The notes below the pieces were generated by a model. It saw only the letters and a list, made by a program, of their open reading frames with translations. It had not been told where the DNA came from and made no database searches. From a virus: a DNA stretch of 64,000 bases. Shown in pieces: positions 61,413 to 64,000 of this stretch (positions are counted from its first letter, which is position 1; each line of letters starts with the position of its first letter). The position numbers and the translations under genes were made by a program. Where the stretch lies: IMG/VR virus record IMGVR_UViG_3300045988_159115; one strand, given 5' to 3'.

Positions 61413-62714
61413 ATGAATAAGTTTAGAGACATTGAAGACACTATTTTCGATCTTTACATCGCTGATATTGAAGAAGACAGCGAAGAAGAAGCCAGCATCG
61501 TGACCCCTAAGTTACCCATGCTGGCTTCTAATGATTTAGCCCATAAGATTTCCGGTGTGTACAATCCGGATTATATCACGGATAACAGCGACAATGCCTT
61601 TTATAAGGTCATCTGCAATAAGATGATTGCGCTCGATCCGAGCCTCAAGGACAATATCCGCACCCTTGAGGACTATGAGACTGGCGGTAAGAAAAACAGC
61701 CGCGCGGACGTTAGTCAGACGATTCTGACTATGACGAAAAATACGCTTGCTCCTGGCATCTATTATGTGAAGGCTGGTAAGAAGGTATACTTCTATCTCA
61801 CGATTTCTGTGTATACCCCGAAGTCTGCTGATGACGATCGTAGCAGCTACTTCTATAAGGAGAATTCTCTCAGCTATGAGTTCTGGATTATCGGTAGGAA
61901 GTGGAAGAAGTATTTCGATGAACTCGTTGCTGAGAAGGATAAGTATGATAAGGAGTGCGAGAAGTCCTCTTCTGACTGGTTCATCGTTCCTGACGGACAG
62001 GAAGGCCGTGATCGGAAGACTGTCTTTAAGTCTTTCGACAATCTGGTTATGAGAGACAAGGACAAGGTTATCAAATACATTGACAACTGGGTCGCGAACA
62101 TCCCGTATTTCTACAAGAAGTACAATATGATTTCGAAGCTCTCGGTAATTTTGTACGGCGAACCCGGCACTGGTAAGAGCACTTTCTGTCAGGCAGTCGC
62201 TCGGTACCTTGGCATCCATAACATCGTTCCGATTCAGCCGAATACGTTTGAGACGAAAGCAACGATTCGTTCTCCGTTCAGCGAGCTCGTTCCTGTCATC
62301 TATTCCATTGACGACATCGACTGTGTTTGCAAGTCCCGTGACGATAAGAAGAGCACCAAGGAAGATTCGATGGCAACGGCAAACGTTCTCGCATTCCTTG
62401 ATAATCCTCCCACGTTCTTCTTTAAGGCAAAGGACGGGATGATGTATCCTGTTTCCATCTGCATTGCTACCACGAACTACTATGACAAGTTGGATCCGGC
62501 TGTGAAGCGTTACGGTCGATTCGACCTCCATATTGCAATGAATGAGTTTGATAAGGAACTTGCAGAGGAGATGTGCAAGGTTTATGACTTGGAGCTCAAG
62601 GATGTTTTGAGTGAGGAAGAGCTTAATGCAAAGAACTTCCATTACTCTCCTGCAAAGCTTCAGGCAATGTGCCTTGCAAATATCGACAAGCGGATGAAAG
62701 AAATCAAGGAATAA
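61413..62714 (+). CDS. classic-clade AAA ATPase with unknown N-terminal domain (433 aa)
   Basis: Walker A GEPGTGKST, Walker B VIYSIDDID, sensor-1 ATTN and second region of homology KLDPAVKRYGRFD. The ATG at 61413 follows AAAGGAAG by 7 nt. Confidence 0.8.
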   Translation: MNKFRDIEDTIFDLYIADIEEDSEEEASIVTPKLPMLASNDLAHKISGVYNPDYITDNSDNAFYKVICNKMIALDPSLKDNIRTLEDYETGGKKNSRADVSQTILTMTKNTLAPGIYYVKAGKKVYFYLTISVYTPKSADDDRSSYFYKENSLSYEFWIIGRKWKKYFDELVAEKDKYDKECEKSSSDWFIVPDGQEGRDRKTVFKSFDNLVMRDKDKVIKYIDNWVANIPYFYKKYNMISKLSVILYGEPGTGKSTFCQAVARYLGIHNIVPIQPNTFETKATIRSPFSELVPVIYSIDDIDCVCKSRDDKKSTKEDSMATANVLAFLDNPPTFFFKAKDGMMYPVSICIATTNYYDKLDPAVKRYGRFDLHIAMNEFDKELAEEMCKVYDLELKDVLSEEELNAKNFHYSPAKLQAMCLANIDKRMKEIKE

Positions 62715-62719
62715 ATTCG

Positions 62720-62734
62720 ATTATATATTATATC
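62720..62734 (+). promoter_or_regulatory. promoter-like box ATTATATATTATATC
   Basis: 41 nt upstream of the ATG at 62776. Confidence 0.4.
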
Positions 62735-62775
62735 AATAGCAGGCAGAATAACTTTAGTAAAGGAGTGTGAATCAA

Positions 62776-64000
62776 ATGGATGAAGAATTGGATACGTTAG
62801 TATTCAACGTCAAATCCAAGAGACCTGTGTTGGCATCCGATGAAGATGCGACAGAGATTATGGAAGAGGAATCCAGAACGACGAGGAGGAATTCTGTTCG
62901 TCGGTATACCCATCAGGAAATCAAGGTGAACCTTCCGAAGGGAGCAAAGTACGATGAGTATGCTGCTCTCTATAGCCACGTGGCAGTTCATGATTATGGT
63001 GAGAATGATGACTATAATCTGGACGATGCCACAAAGATTGCACGTCAGAAGTATTACGCAGAATTTGCGAAACTGCGTAAGGCGAAGCGTCGTTATCGTG
63101 AGATTGACAAGTATGTCAGAACTTGTCGTCAGTGCTATGTGTGTATGAAGCTCGTAGCATATACGAATGGCGTTTATCCTCCTGACGAGTTCATGCAGCG
63201 TGTTCTCGATAAGAAGATTCACATCGTTGGTGTGAACTTCCCGAAATACGTTGGAAAAGACCGCAAGAAGATCAACTGGGATTTCATCCAGAAGTATATC
63301 GAGAATCCGTCTCTGGATCTTCGTGAGATGATGGACGAACTGACTGGTACAGTTCCCGATATTGACATGGATGATATTCCGGATAATCCGGAACTGAATC
63401 GACTCATGGCAAGTATCACGTCCGATGATGATCTCGTGGATGTTGTTTTCCTGAGTAAGAAGGACAACAAGAAGTTCATGAAGGTCTTTGGTGATGAAGC
63501 AGCTTCTGCATTTGAAGATGTTGTGAAAGCCAAGAAGGGTCAGAATAATCGTGTTGGAAGCATGTCTCAGTTTGGCGATCATGCTTATGACACGTCTTCT
63601 GACATCGACAAGATCATGAAGCTTGATAAGAAGCGTAAGATCTTCCATGACGATGATATCCCGGATGTCACTGGACCGATTCAGTCTCTCGATGATCTGG
63701 ATGCTCGTATTGACGCAATGGATGATTTCCTGTATCGTCATACTACGGTCGTCTATAACAACAAAGCTGTTACTCCGGAGCGTCGTGATGAGATCAAGAT
63801 CAAAGATGCTATGGAGAGTGGCGGCTTTAACGTTCGTATGCTCATGGATACTCGAACGGATGAAGAGCGTCAGAGAGATAAAGAAAAGGAACGTGATAAG
63901 AAGAAGGAAGAAGAACTTCTTAAACGTCTTCAGGAAATCGACGCACGGAAGAAGGCTCGTAAGAAGGGCAAGGACATCGTGGAAGTCGATGTGAAGAAGA
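62776..64000 (+). CDS. hypothetical protein, 5' part (ORF runs off the right edge; more than 408 aa)
   Basis: Not in the ORF track because it has no stop in the window. The ATG at 62776 lies 11 nt after AAAGGAG. The frame stays open to base 64000: MDEELDTLVFNVKSKRPVLASDEDATEIMEEE…CRQCYVCMKL…DERQRDKEKERDKKKEEELLKRL… Composition is normal, unlike the I/L/R/H-rich antisense ORF 62797..63741. Confidence 0.8.
   Translation, partial: MDEELDTLVFNVKSKRPVLASDEDATEIMEEESRTTRRNSVRRYTHQEIKVNLPKGAKYDEYAALYSHVAVHDYGENDDYNLDDATKIARQKYYAEFAKLRKAKRRYREIDKYVRTCRQCYVCMKLVAYTNGVYPPDEFMQRVLDKKIHIVGVNFPKYVGKDRKKINWDFIQKYIENPSLDLREMMDELTGTVPDIDMDDIPDNPELNRLMASITSDDDLVDVVFLSKKDNKKFMKVFGDEAASAFEDVVKAKKGQNNRVGSMSQFGDHAYDTSSDIDKIMKLDKKRKIFHDDDIPDVTGPIQSLDDLDARIDAMDDFLYRHTTVVYNNKAVTPERRDEIKIKDAMESGGFNVRMLMDTRTDEERQRDKEKERDKKKEEELLKRLQEIDARKKARKKGKDIVEVDVKK

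Noticed and set aside
853-62642. Long antisense or alternative-frame track ORFs inside real genes: 853..1758, 3879..4763, 6100..6909, 8171..8878, 9128..9781, 9980..10501, 11466..12617, 25013..25582, 26358..27479, 30407..31396, 32468..33151, 33479..34465, 34812..35378, 36407..37234, 37469..38422, 39665..40141, 40601..41149, 43901..44543, 56094..56816, 59808..60314, 60376..60885, 61536..62642 and 62797..63741.
   Set aside because: - They lack ribosome-binding sites.
- Their products are dominated by I/L/R/S/H/C, which is typical of shadow frames of A/G-rich coding DNA.
- Each lies entirely inside a longer ORF that has an RBS, sensible composition or recognisable motifs.
1-64000. Searched non-coding gaps for tRNA genes, rRNA fragments, integrase or att sites, transposases, reverse transcriptase/DGR elements, and stop-codon recoding.
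   Set aside because: - I saw no cloverleaf-compatible sequence with a GTTCGAATC-type T-loop.
- No Tyr/Ser recombinase, DDE or YxDD motifs occur in any ORF.
- Very long ORFs (up to 3,907 codons) are intact in the standard code, so no alternative genetic code is needed.

Overview
The window reads as a contiguous piece of a large, novel tailed dsDNA phage genome. All calls below come from by-eye motif recognition; no database search was run.

General properties:
- It is gene dense, with about 55 protein genes on both strands.
- I recognised no rRNA, tRNA, CRISPR array, integrase or transposase.
- Nearly every gene has a strong AAAGGAG-type Shine-Dalgarno site. Many genes end in clean hairpin terminators. 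This suggests a Gram-positive (Bacillota-like) host, which is inference.
- The standard genetic code suffices.

Recognisable replication and nucleotide genes:
- a GroEL-like chaperonin (3183..5246)
- an SSB-like protein with a DLPF tail (6133..6831)
- a family B DNA polymerase that has only the fingers/palm/thumb part (7697..9790)
- a T4 gp61-type primase (12692..13720)
- a RusA resolvase (27539..28201)
- an Mre11/SbcD nuclease (47484..48671)
- a guanylate-kinase-like kinase (57453..58079)
- a classic AAA ATPase (61413..62714)

Virion and lysis genes:
- two paralogous virion proteins with an SH3-like N-terminus
- an 1132-aa structural protein
- an Ala/Thr-repeat fibre-like protein
- an LL-H-type holin candidate
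- a 3,907-aa tape-measure-like protein carrying C39-like, NlpC/P60-like and phage-tail-lysozyme domains

The rest is hypothetical. It includes three paralogous families:
- helical, acidic head- or ejection-protein-like proteins (5 members)
- roughly 200-aa MKVY-type proteins (4 members)
- membrane-anchored proteins (2 members)

Non-coding signals worth attention:
- a recurrent TATATATTATAT promoter-like box
- a 4 x 72-bp iteron-like array (17524..17762)
- a 740-bp ORF-free region with tandem promoter boxes, a long inverted repeat and a 96-nt polypyrimidine tract (48672..49414)
- an ORF-free locus with a sigma-A-type promoter and three plus-strand terminators, which is a candidate sRNA locus (54750..55304)

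Two real ORFs are cut by the window edges and are therefore absent from the supplied ORF track: 1..280 on the minus strand and 62776..64000 on the plus strand.
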